From contig JAWKPM010000002.1 of the NCBI GenBank assembly GCA_041390625.1, forward strand, positions 130,924-194,923: DNA of 64,000 nt. Reading direction: 5' to 3'. This document shows, in pieces, positions 35,744 to 43,754 of the stretch. The stretch comes from Dehalococcoidia bacterium (GTDB taxonomy: Bacteria; Chloroflexota; Dehalococcoidia; UBA2979). The first letter of the stretch is position 1; every line of letters begins with the position of its first letter. Made by a program: the position numbers and the translations under genes. Under the pieces are notes generated by a model. It did no database searches, had not been told where the DNA came from, and saw only the letters and a program-made list of their open reading frames with translations.

Positions 35744-35816
35744 ACAATCGAGTCAATCAAGTCCGAATCTGGAATCGCCCGCGCCGACCGAGGAACAATC
35801 GAGACAATCAAGTCCG
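35744..35816. repeat. Two 22-nt direct repeats, 51-nt period
   Basis: ACAATCGAGTCAATCAAGTCCG (35744..35765) and ACAATCGAGACAATCAAGTCCG (35795..35816), 21/22 identical. Each contains two (A/T)CAATC half-sites 9 nt apart. They lie in a lower-GC intergenic patch upstream of vanW. Confidence 0.6.
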
Positions 35817-35832
35817 CGAACCGTCGAGGTGC

Positions 35833-36723
35833 CTAGTACCCCTGCCGTACCTCGACGACTCGCCGCGTCCCACCGAGGTCACGATGCATCCGCACATCGA
35901 GCGCTGCGCCCCCGTCGAGCGCCTCCCGCAGCAGGTCCGCGGCGAAGGGCGCCTGCCCCGACCCCACCTCGACCAGCACCGCCCGAGGCCCGTCGACGAG
36001 GTGCTCCGGCAGCTGCGCCGCCAGCCGTCGATAGAGCTCCAGCCCGTCGAAGCCGCCGTCGACCGCGAGCGCCGGCTCGAAGTCTCGAATCGCCTCCGGC
36101 AGCGCCTCGACCTCGTCCGAGGGGATGTACGGCAGGTTCGCCGCCACCACATCGAGGGGCTCCGGCACCGCCTCCAGCAGGTCGCCTGCCAGCAGCACCA
36201 CGCGCGTTTCGAGGTCGAATCGACGCCGGTTGCGCCCCGCCCACTCCAGCGCCGCCGTCGACGCATCGAGGCCGAAGACCTTCGCCGTCGCCGCGTGCCG
36301 CCCCACGGAGAGCGCCACCGCCCCGCTGCCCGTCCCGACGTCCGCCACCCGCACGACGCGTCGAGCGTTCGGATGCTCCCGAATCGCCGCCAGCGTCGCC
36401 TCGACGAGCGTCTCCGTCTCCGGCCGCGGCACGAGGCAGCCCGGCCCCACCTCGAACGTCAGCCCGTAGAACTCGCGCCGCCCGAGGATGTACGCCAGTG
36501 GCTCGTGCCCCAGCCGCCGCTCAAGGAGCGCCTCGAAGCGCTCGAGCACCGCGGGCTCCGGCACTTCGGACCCTGCGGCCAGCACGTGCACCCGGTCGAT
36601 GCCCGCCGCCTCGGCATAGAGCAGCTCCGCCTCCAGCCGCCCCTCATCGAGGTCGTCGGCACACCGCTCGTCCACGAGCCGCCGCGCCGCCTCATGCAGC
36701 CGCCCCGCGATCCGAGGCGGCAT
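35833..36723 (-). CDS. prmC: Release-factor glutamine methyltransferase
   Basis: VADVGTGSGAVAL SAM motif and catalytic tetrapeptide region AANLPYIP. The ATG at 36723 overlaps the upstream stop (TGATG). 296 aa. Confidence 0.85.
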   Translation of the reverse strand: MPPRIAGRLHEAARRLVDERCADDLDEGRLEAELLYAEAAGIDRVHVLAAGSEVPEPAVLERFEALLERRLGHEPLAYILGRREFYGLTFEVGPGCLVPRPETETLVEATLAAIREHPNARRVVRVADVGTGSGAVALSVGRHAATAKVFGLDASTAALEWAGRNRRRFDLETRVVLLAGDLLEAVPEPLDVVAANLPYIPSDEVEALPEAIRDFEPALAVDGGFDGLELYRRLAAQLPEHLVDGPRAVLVEVGSGQAPFAADLLREALDGGAALDVRMHRDLGGTRRVVEVRQGY

Positions 36724-37478
36724 CAGCGCGACACCCGTCGTGCGCTGAGCGCGACTGCGACGACGAGCGCGCTGAGCGCAACAACGAAGATCGGGCTGCC
36801 GGAATCGCGACCCTCGCTCGCATCGAGCAGCCCGGCGCCCCCCGCAGCCGGCGGAACGAGATCTGACGATGCCGCCTCGAACCGCCCGATCGCATCGAGG
36901 ACCACCGGGTCGTCCGCCGATACGCCGATGCCGAACACCAGCAACCGATTCGTGTGCAGCGTGCCATCCGGCTGTCGAACGAGGCCTGCGACCCAGTACT
37001 GCCCGCGGGGGTCCGCATCGAGGGCGCCGCAGGCCCCGCCGCCCCCGCTGAACACCAGCTCGTCGAGGTGCGCGTCGTCCCAATTCGCCTCGGCCACGCC
37101 CGGGCCGAACTCCGCGCTCGCAACATCGAAGGCAGTGAACGTGGCCGGCCCGGCGCCCTTCATGTACCGGTCGACCTCGAACGTCATCCGAACGGCGACC
37201 GTCCGAGGTGTCCCGACGCCCTCAACTTCCGGCGCGAGCGCGAGGTCGACCACGCGTCCCGCGATGATCACATCCGCCGCAGCCGCGGGCTCGCCGTCGC
37301 CGCTGCACGCAAACGCCAGCCGAGGTTCGGCCAGTCCCACCAGCAGTCCAACAACGCCACCGAGAGCGAGGAAGGCTCGGCTTGCCGAGCGGAAACGAGT
37401 TATCTGAATGAAGCCCGGGGGCGAAGCCCCCGGAGAAGGGGCGCGTGGGCGGGCACGCCGCGCCGCAGGCGCGTCCAT
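36723..37478 (-). CDS. Hypothetical exported protein with C-terminal membrane anchor
   Basis: N-terminal hydrophobic segment AFLALGGVVGLLVGLA...AFAC. C-terminal SPIFVVALSALVVAVALSARRVSR. The start is uncertain because a hairpin at 37415..37433 lies in the first codons. Confidence 0.5.
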   Translation of the reverse strand: MDAPAARRARPRAPSPGASPPGFIQITRFRSASRAFLALGGVVGLLVGLAEPRLAFACSGDGEPAAAADVIIAGRVVDLALAPEVEGVGTPRTVAVRMTFEVDRYMKGAGPATFTAFDVASAEFGPGVAEANWDDAHLDELVFSGGGGACGALDADPRGQYWVAGLVRQPDGTLHTNRLLVFGIGVSADDPVVLDAIGRFEAASSDLVPPAAGGAGLLDASEGRDSGSPIFVVALSALVVAVALSARRVSR

Positions 37479-37486
37479 GTCCGAGG

Positions 37487-38551
37487 TCAGGCCGACGCCT
37501 GAAGGAGGCGCGCCTGCTCGTCGAGGGCGACCGCCTCGATCAGTCCCTCGATGTCCCCGTCCATCACTCGAGGCATCCCGTGCACGGTCATGTTCACACG
37601 GTGATCGGTCACGCGGTCCTGCGGGTAGTTGTACGTGCGGATCTTCTCGGAGCGTTCGCCGGAGCCCACCTGCGCGCGGCGCGTCCCGGCGAGCTCGGCG
37701 TCCTGCTTCTCGCGCTCGATCTCGTACAGCCGCGCGCGGAGGTGCGCCTCCGCCTTCGCGCGGTTCTTTGCCTGCGAGCGCTCGTCTTGGCAGGTCACCA
37801 CGATGCCCGTCGGCTCGTGCGTCATCCGCACCGCCGTCGCCACCTTGTTCACGTTCTGCCCGCCGGCGCCACCCGAGTGGAAGATGTCGATGCGCACGTC
37901 GTTCCAGTCGATGTCGACGTCCACCTCGTCGACCTCCGGCAGTACCGCCACGGTCGCCGTCGAGGTGTGGATGCGGCCCTGCGATTCGGTCTCCGGCACG
38001 CGCTGCACGCGGTGCACGCCGGACTCGTGCTTCATGTGGCGGTAGGCGTCCTGCCCGTGCAGCTCGAACGCGATCTCCTTGTAGCCCCCGGCCGACGCCT
38101 CCGAGGTGTTGATGACCTCGGTCTTCCAGCCGTTGCGCTCGGCGTAGCGGACATACATCCGGAAGAGGTCCGCCGCGAACAGCGCGGCCTCCTCGCCGCC
38201 CGTCCCCGAGCGAATCTCGACGATCACGTCCTTCTCGTCGGCCGGGTCTCGAGGCAGCAGCGCCACCTTCAGCGCGGCATCGAGGCGCTCGAGCTCCGGC
38301 TCCAGGCGCTCGACCTCCTCGCGGCCGAGCTCCCGCTCGTCCTCGTCACCGCTCAAGGCCATCGCGCGCGCATCCTCGAGGGCGGTCGCTGAGTCGCGGT
38401 ACTCGCGGAAGAGCGCCACCACCTGCTCGAGCTGCGACCGCTCGCGCCCAAGCTCCGCCATCCGACGGTGGTCGCTCACCACCTCGGGATCCCCGAGGAG
38501 GCGCGTCACCTCCTCGAAGCGAGCTTCAATCTCGGCCAATCGTTCGAGCAT
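37487..38551 (-). CDS. prfA: Peptide chain release factor 1
   Basis: RVQRVPETESQGRIHTS (PxT) and SGGAGGQNVNKV (GGQ). 354 aa. Confidence 0.92.
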   Translation of the reverse strand: MLERLAEIEARFEEVTRLLGDPEVVSDHRRMAELGRERSQLEQVVALFREYRDSATALEDARAMALSGDEDERELGREEVERLEPELERLDAALKVALLPRDPADEKDVIVEIRSGTGGEEAALFAADLFRMYVRYAERNGWKTEVINTSEASAGGYKEIAFELHGQDAYRHMKHESGVHRVQRVPETESQGRIHTSTATVAVLPEVDEVDVDIDWNDVRIDIFHSGGAGGQNVNKVATAVRMTHEPTGIVVTCQDERSQAKNRAKAEAHLRARLYEIEREKQDAELAGTRRAQVGSGERSEKIRTYNYPQDRVTDHRVNMTVHGMPRVMDGDIEGLIEAVALDEQARLLQASA

Positions 38552-39131
38552 GGAGCCAGTCTAGCAGCGCCGTGATTCGGGACCATCGTGCGGATCCTGA
38601 CGCGCTGCCGCCGACGCCCGCGGGTGCGAATCGCCGAGCGGCCTCGATGAGGTAGCGCCGTCGGCGATCTTCGATCGCTGCCGGGCCACGAGGCTCGCCC
38701 GGCTTCGCCGGCATCCAACGAATGAGGTCCGAGAATTCGTCAGGGTGCCCGAACTCACAGAAGAGCAACTCGAATCCATCGAGTCCATCGGGCCAGTCTG
38801 GTATGCGGGCGAGCTCGGCGGTCCAGTAGGCCGAAGCGAGGTACAGCCAGACGCCCGCGGGAGAGTCGCCCAGCACCGATCCGGATTCGTGGACGTGGGA
38901 TTCGTCCGAGACCGCCAAGGAACGCTCGCCCGCCGCCGCCCGTATCGCCTCCAAGGCGGCCGCTTGATCGGGTCCCGTGCTGCCGGCGGCCACGAGCGCG
39001 ATGGCATCAGACTCGGCCAGCCAGCCGCGGGATACGCCGAAGACCAGGACCGGGACATCGAGGCGCGCACGTCCTTGCAGGAAGTCTGCGGGGATCTCGA
39101 AGGGGACCGAGGACCGCAGCAATCGCTTCAC
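38526..39131 (-). CDS. Hypothetical protein between hisS and prfA
   Basis: 201 aa. GTGA overlap with the hisS stop and a 26-nt overlap with the prfA start. Trp-rich globular-looking sequence. More A/T-ending codons than its neighbours. Confidence 0.5.
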   Translation of the reverse strand: MKRLLRSSVPFEIPADFLQGRARLDVPVLVFGVSRGWLAESDAIALVAAGSTGPDQAAALEAIRAAAGERSLAVSDESHVHESGSVLGDSPAGVWLYLASAYWTAELARIPDWPDGLDGFELLFCEFGHPDEFSDLIRWMPAKPGEPRGPAAIEDRRRRYLIEAARRFAPAGVGGSASGSARWSRITALLDWLHARTIGRD

Positions 39132-40384
39132 ACCCCGGTGAGCGCGGCCACTACCTCGTCGATGCGCATCTCGCGCTGGTCGCCGCCATCGAGGGGCTTC
39201 ACCTGCACCAGGCCCTCAGCAGCCTCGCGGTCGCCCACGATGAGCGCGTAGCGCGCACCCGAGGCATCTGCCGACCGCAGTTGTGCCCGCATCGAGCGTC
39301 CGGTCGTGCCGCTGCGAACCGACAGCCCCGCCTCGCGCAGCATCGAGGCGAGACGCGCGGCGGCGACCGCTCCTGCCTCGCCGAGCGGCACCGTGACCGC
39401 GTGGAGGCTCGCATCCACGCCTTCGACGCCCCGTTCGCGCAGGTTCAGCATGATCCGCTCGAGACCGCTGGCCCATCCCGTGCCGGGCGTATGAGGCCCG
39501 CCCAGCGACTCGATGAGTCCGTCGTAGCGCCCCCCGGCGCCGATGGTTGACTGCCCGCCCGCGTCGGCCGGCTCGAACTCCCACACCGTGTGGGCGTAGT
39601 AGTCGAGGCCACGCACGATGCGCGTGTCCACCTCGAACGCGACCTCGAGGCCTGTGAGCAGCGCCTGCACACCCTCCCAGTGCGCGCGATCCTCCTCCGA
39701 GAGGTGGTCGAGGATGCTCGGCGCATCGAGGACCGCCGGGTGTCCGGCGTCCTCCTTCGAGTCGAGGATGCGCAGCACGTTCGTGTCGAAGCGGCGCTGC
39801 GAGTCCGGCGACAATCCCTCGAGGTGCGGCAGGAAGTGCTCACGCAGCACCGCCTCGTAGCGATGCCGCGTCTCCGCCGTCCCGATCGAGTTGATGCGCA
39901 GCGTCAGGTCGCCGAGGCCCAGCGCTTCGTAGATCGACCGCTGCAGGTCGATCACCTCCACGTCCGCCGCCGGCGAGGGGTCGCCGATGCACTCGACGCC
40001 GAACTGGAACAGTTCGCGGTAGCGCCCGGCCTGCGGGCGGTCGTAGCGGAAGAAGGGCCCCCAGTAGAACAGTCGCACCGGCTGCGGCCTCGAGGCCATG
40101 CCGTGCTCGAGGTAGGCACGCGCAACCGCCGCTGTGCCCTCGGGCCGCAGCGCGAGGCGCCCGCCGCCTCGGTCCTCGAACAGGTACATCTCCTTCGAGA
40201 CGATGTCCGAGTCGTCGCCCACCGTGCGCAGAAAGACCCCCTGGTCCTCGACGATCGGCGTGCGGATGAGGTGGTAGTCGAACGAGCGCGCCACACGCGT
40301 CGCGGTGTCGATGACGTGCTGCCAGAGCGCCTCGTCCTCCGGTAGGAGGTCGTTCATGCCTCGAGGTGCCTGCAGGTCGGCCAT
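39128..40384 (-). CDS. hisS: Histidine--tRNA ligase
   Basis: MADLQAPRGMNDLLPED..., KEMYLFEDRGGGRLALRPEGTA and GGGRYDGL class II motifs. 418 aa. Confidence 0.92.
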   Translation of the reverse strand: MADLQAPRGMNDLLPEDEALWQHVIDTATRVARSFDYHLIRTPIVEDQGVFLRTVGDDSDIVSKEMYLFEDRGGGRLALRPEGTAAVARAYLEHGMASRPQPVRLFYWGPFFRYDRPQAGRYRELFQFGVECIGDPSPAADVEVIDLQRSIYEALGLGDLTLRINSIGTAETRHRYEAVLREHFLPHLEGLSPDSQRRFDTNVLRILDSKEDAGHPAVLDAPSILDHLSEEDRAHWEGVQALLTGLEVAFEVDTRIVRGLDYYAHTVWEFEPADAGGQSTIGAGGRYDGLIESLGGPHTPGTGWASGLERIMLNLRERGVEGVDASLHAVTVPLGEAGAVAAARLASMLREAGLSVRSGTTGRSMRAQLRSADASGARYALIVGDREAAEGLVQVKPLDGGDQREMRIDEVVAALTGV

Positions 40385-40501
40385 GCGGCGAGTCTACGAG
40401 CGCCCCGATCGGGCGGCAATTGAGTCGCTCCCGAGGCGCCGCGAACCCTGATGCGAGCTCGAATCCCCTCGTGCTAGCCTGCATCGAGGTGGATTAGACA
40501 C

Positions 40502-42658
40502 ATGGTTGTCTCCGAGCAGGCGCCCGCGGGCGTCCGCGAGTTGTTCCGCTCCCTGAACGAGTACCTCCCGCCCGAGCGCGTCGAGGCCATCGAGCGTGCC
40601 TACGAGTTCGCGAACGAGTGCCACGAGGGCCAGCTCAGGCGCTCCGGCGAGCCCTACATCACCCACCCGGTCGCCGTTGCCAGCCTCGTCGCCTCGTTGC
40701 ACATGGACCCCTCCACGGTGTCGGCCGCGCTCTTGCACGACGTCGTTGAGGACTGCGACGTCACCTCCGAGGACATTCGACACCGCTTCGATCCCACGAT
40801 CGCCCATCTCGTCGAGGGCGCGACGAAGATCGAGCAGATCCACGTCCTCGACACCGCCCAGGCCGACGCCGAGACGCTGCGCAAGATGTTCGTGGCGATG
40901 GCGGAGGACGTGCGGGTCGTGATCATCAAGATCGCGGACCGCCTCCACAACATGAGCACGCTGCAGTTCCTCTCGCCGGACCGCCAGGAGGCGCTCGCGC
41001 GCGAGACGATGGAGATCTACGCGCCGCTCGCCGCACGACTCGGCATCTGGCAGTTCAAGTGGCAGCTCGAGGACCTGGCGTTCCGCTACCTCTACCCGGC
41101 CGACTACCGCCGCATCACTGAGATGGTGGCCTCGAAGCGCGCCGAGCGAGAGCGCTTCGTCCGCCAGGTCGAGAGCCAGCTCCGCGAGGCCCTCGCCGGT
41201 GTCGGCATCGAGGCTGACGTGAGCGGCCGCGTGAAGCACTTCTTCTCGATCTACGGGAAGATGCGCCGCTACGCCGAGCAGGGCCGCTCCTTCGACCAGA
41301 TTCACGACCTGCTGGCGCTTCGCGTCCTCGTGAACGGCGTGTCCGACTGCTACAACGCGCTCGGCGTCGTCCATCAGACGTGGCACCCGATTCCGGGCGG
41401 CTTCGACGACTACATCGCGAACCCGAAGGAGTCGCTCTACCAGTCCCTCCACACCTCGGTCATGGGCCCCGGCGCTCACCCCTTCGAGGTGCAGATCCGT
41501 ACCCACGAGATGCACGAGGTCGCCGAGTACGGTGTCGCCGCGCACTGGTCCTACAAGGAAGAGCCTCGACGCCGCGACGCCCGCTACGAGGAGCGCATGG
41601 CCTGGCTCCGCCACCTCATCGAGTGGCAGCAGGAGGCCTCCGGCACCGACGATTTCCTCGAGTCGGTGAAGAGCGACGTCTTCGCCGACCAGGTCTTCGT
41701 CTACACACCGCGTTCCGAGGTGCGTGTGCTGCCTCGAGGTTCCACGCCCATCGACTTTGCCTACCTGATCCACACCGACCTCGGGCACCAGTGCGCCGGC
41801 GCGCGCGTGAACGGCAAGATGGTGCCGCTCACGACGAAGCTGCAGAACGGCGACGTCGTCGAGGTCGTGCGCAGCCGCACCCCTCGAGGCCCGTCGCGCG
41901 ACTGGCTCATCGAGGACCACGGCTACCTCGGCTCCAGCCACTCGAGGCAGAAGGTCCGCCAGTGGTTCCGCCGCCAGCAGCGTGGCGAGAACGTCGAGCG
42001 CGGACGGGAGCTCCTCGAGCGGGAGCGCCGCCGCCTCGGGCTCCGCGAGGTCCCGGCGGACCTGCACCGCCCCTTCGGCTACGAGCAGTACGACGACCTC
42101 CTGGCCGCGATCGGCTATGGCGAGGTCTCGATGCAGCGCCTCGTGAAGCACCTCGTCGAGACCGAGGAGCCGAAGCCCCTCGACCTTGTCTCCGCCCCGA
42201 AGCGCGGTCCCGAGGGGCCGGGCGTCCGCGTGCTCGGTACCGCCGGCCTGCACGTGCAGCTCGCGCGCTGCTGCAAGCCGCTCCCCGGCGACGAGATCGT
42301 GGGCTACGTCACCCGCGCTCGAGGCGTCACGGTCCACCGCACCAGCTGCCGCACGGTGAGCGCCAGCACGGAGCCCGAGCGCATCGTCGACTGCGACTGG
42401 GGCCCGACCGGAAACCTCTACGCCGCCACGGTCCACGTCGTCGCATGGGACCGCGTTGGCCTGCTGCGTGACCTCAGCACGATGATCGCCTCGCAGCGAG
42501 TCAACATGGTGGGTGTCTCGACCCGCGAGTCCGACGACGGCACGGTCACCACCGAGATCACCCTCGAGACCGAGGGTCGCACCCAGTTCTCGTCGCTCCT
42601 CGGCAAGCTCGAGAGCGTCCGAGGCGTCATCTCCGTCTCCCGCGCCGGCGACATCTAG
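40502..42658 (+). CDS. rel: Bifunctional (p)ppGpp synthetase/hydrolase Rel
   Basis: HD hydrolase domain (YITHPVAVA...LLHDVVED), RelA/SpoT synthetase domain, TGS (VFVYTPRSEVRVLPRGSTPIDFAY) and C-terminal ACT. 718 aa. Confidence 0.92.
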   Translation: MVVSEQAPAGVRELFRSLNEYLPPERVEAIERAYEFANECHEGQLRRSGEPYITHPVAVASLVASLHMDPSTVSAALLHDVVEDCDVTSEDIRHRFDPTIAHLVEGATKIEQIHVLDTAQADAETLRKMFVAMAEDVRVVIIKIADRLHNMSTLQFLSPDRQEALARETMEIYAPLAARLGIWQFKWQLEDLAFRYLYPADYRRITEMVASKRAERERFVRQVESQLREALAGVGIEADVSGRVKHFFSIYGKMRRYAEQGRSFDQIHDLLALRVLVNGVSDCYNALGVVHQTWHPIPGGFDDYIANPKESLYQSLHTSVMGPGAHPFEVQIRTHEMHEVAEYGVAAHWSYKEEPRRRDARYEERMAWLRHLIEWQQEASGTDDFLESVKSDVFADQVFVYTPRSEVRVLPRGSTPIDFAYLIHTDLGHQCAGARVNGKMVPLTTKLQNGDVVEVVRSRTPRGPSRDWLIEDHGYLGSSHSRQKVRQWFRRQQRGENVERGRELLERERRRLGLREVPADLHRPFGYEQYDDLLAAIGYGEVSMQRLVKHLVETEEPKPLDLVSAPKRGPEGPGVRVLGTAGLHVQLARCCKPLPGDEIVGYVTRARGVTVHRTSCRTVSASTEPERIVDCDWGPTGNLYAATVHVVAWDRVGLLRDLSTMIASQRVNMVGVSTRESDDGTVTTEITLETEGRTQFSSLLGKLESVRGVISVSRAGDI

Positions 42659-42659
42659 T

Positions 42660-43676
42660 GTGCGCGCCCTGACGCTCGAGCGGCCGCGGGCCGCGTACGC
42701 ATGGCTGCTCGCCGCCCTTGCCATCCTCGGCACGCTGGAGGTCCATGCCTTCACCGCGATCGGCTCGCGGTCGGCGGACCTCGCCGCGCTCGCGCTCGCC
42801 GTCGACGCGGCCGTCGGACTGCCACTGCTCGTGTACCTGTTCGTCGTGCGGCCCGGGCACGTTTCACCTGTGGTGCTCGTTCCGCTGGCGGCGGGCGCCC
42901 TCGTGGTCACCGCCCGCGTCACGGAGCCCTCGACCGGGCAAGGTGCGCTCGTCCTGGCGGCCGGCGCACTGGAGGTCGCAAGCGTCGTGCTCGTCGCGCT
43001 TCGAGGACGGCGGCTCCATCGCGCCTACCGAGGACATCGCGAGCGCCTCGTCTTCGTCCCGGACGCCTGGCGCGAGGCGTTGCGCGGGCAGCTGGGGGCC
43101 TCCGCTCCCATGCGTCTCGCGAACGGCGAGCTCCTTGCGCTCGGCCTTGCGATCGCGGGCTGGCGGGCGCGGTTCGTCGCCCCGGCTGGCACCCGCGCCT
43201 GGTCGCAACGCTCCGGATACTTCGTGGTCCTGGCGGCCTTCGGTGGCCTCGCCACGGTCGAGTTACCGTTGGCACACCTCCTCCTGGCGCAGTGGTCGCC
43301 GCTCGCGGCGTGGGTGGTGACGCTACTCAGTCTCGAGGCCGCGCTGCAGCTCCTCGCTGACGTCCACGCCGTCCGCCTGCAGCCCCATCTCCTGACGCCG
43401 ACGCACCTCCATCTCCGCGCCGGGCTGCGAGGCGCCGCCGACATCCCGCTGGAGCGACTTCGTGGCGTCCGGAAGTACGACGCCAATGCGGATGCCGCCG
43501 CCTCCCGCGTCGTCGTGTTCGGCGCGCCTCGGCTTGTCGCCGAGCTGACGGGTCCGGTCGAGGTGCGTGGGCCGTTCGGTCGGACGTCCTCCGCCTCGCG
43601 CGTTGCCTTCGCGGTCGACGACGAACCCGGATTCCTTCGTGCGATCGCCGCTCGCGAGGAGCCCGCGGCACGCTGA
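42660..43676 (+). CDS. Integral membrane hypothetical protein
   Basis: The GTG start lies 2 nt after the rel stop. Several TM helices are followed by a soluble C-terminal part. 338 aa. Confidence 0.55.
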   Translation: MRALTLERPRAAYAWLLAALAILGTLEVHAFTAIGSRSADLAALALAVDAAVGLPLLVYLFVVRPGHVSPVVLVPLAAGALVVTARVTEPSTGQGALVLAAGALEVASVVLVALRGRRLHRAYRGHRERLVFVPDAWREALRGQLGASAPMRLANGELLALGLAIAGWRARFVAPAGTRAWSQRSGYFVVLAAFGGLATVELPLAHLLLAQWSPLAAWVVTLLSLEAALQLLADVHAVRLQPHLLTPTHLHLRAGLRGAADIPLERLRGVRKYDANADAAASRVVVFGAPRLVAELTGPVEVRGPFGRTSSASRVAFAVDDEPGFLRAIAAREEPAAR

Positions 43677-43754
43677 CCACGCCGGTCCCGCGCCACTCCA
43701 CCATCGCCCCGCCTCCATCGCGCGTGCTAGCGTGCCCGCGCGCACGGAGGCGCC

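Noticed and set aside
36724-37083. N-terminal 120 residues of ORF 35833..37083
   Set aside because: This Arg-rich extension overlaps the upstream exported-protein gene. The PrmC homology starts at the ATG at 36723.
38745-39251. 168-aa plus-strand ORF opposite the hisS-prfA insert
   Set aside because: It is Arg/Gly-rich, implausible as a protein, and has poor codon endings. The minus-strand frame looks more protein-like.
40394-42922. 842-aa minus-strand ORF
   Set aside because: It is antisense to the well-supported rel gene. Its sequence is low-complexity and rich in Ala, Gly, Arg, Asp, Val and Leu. It is a shadow ORF.
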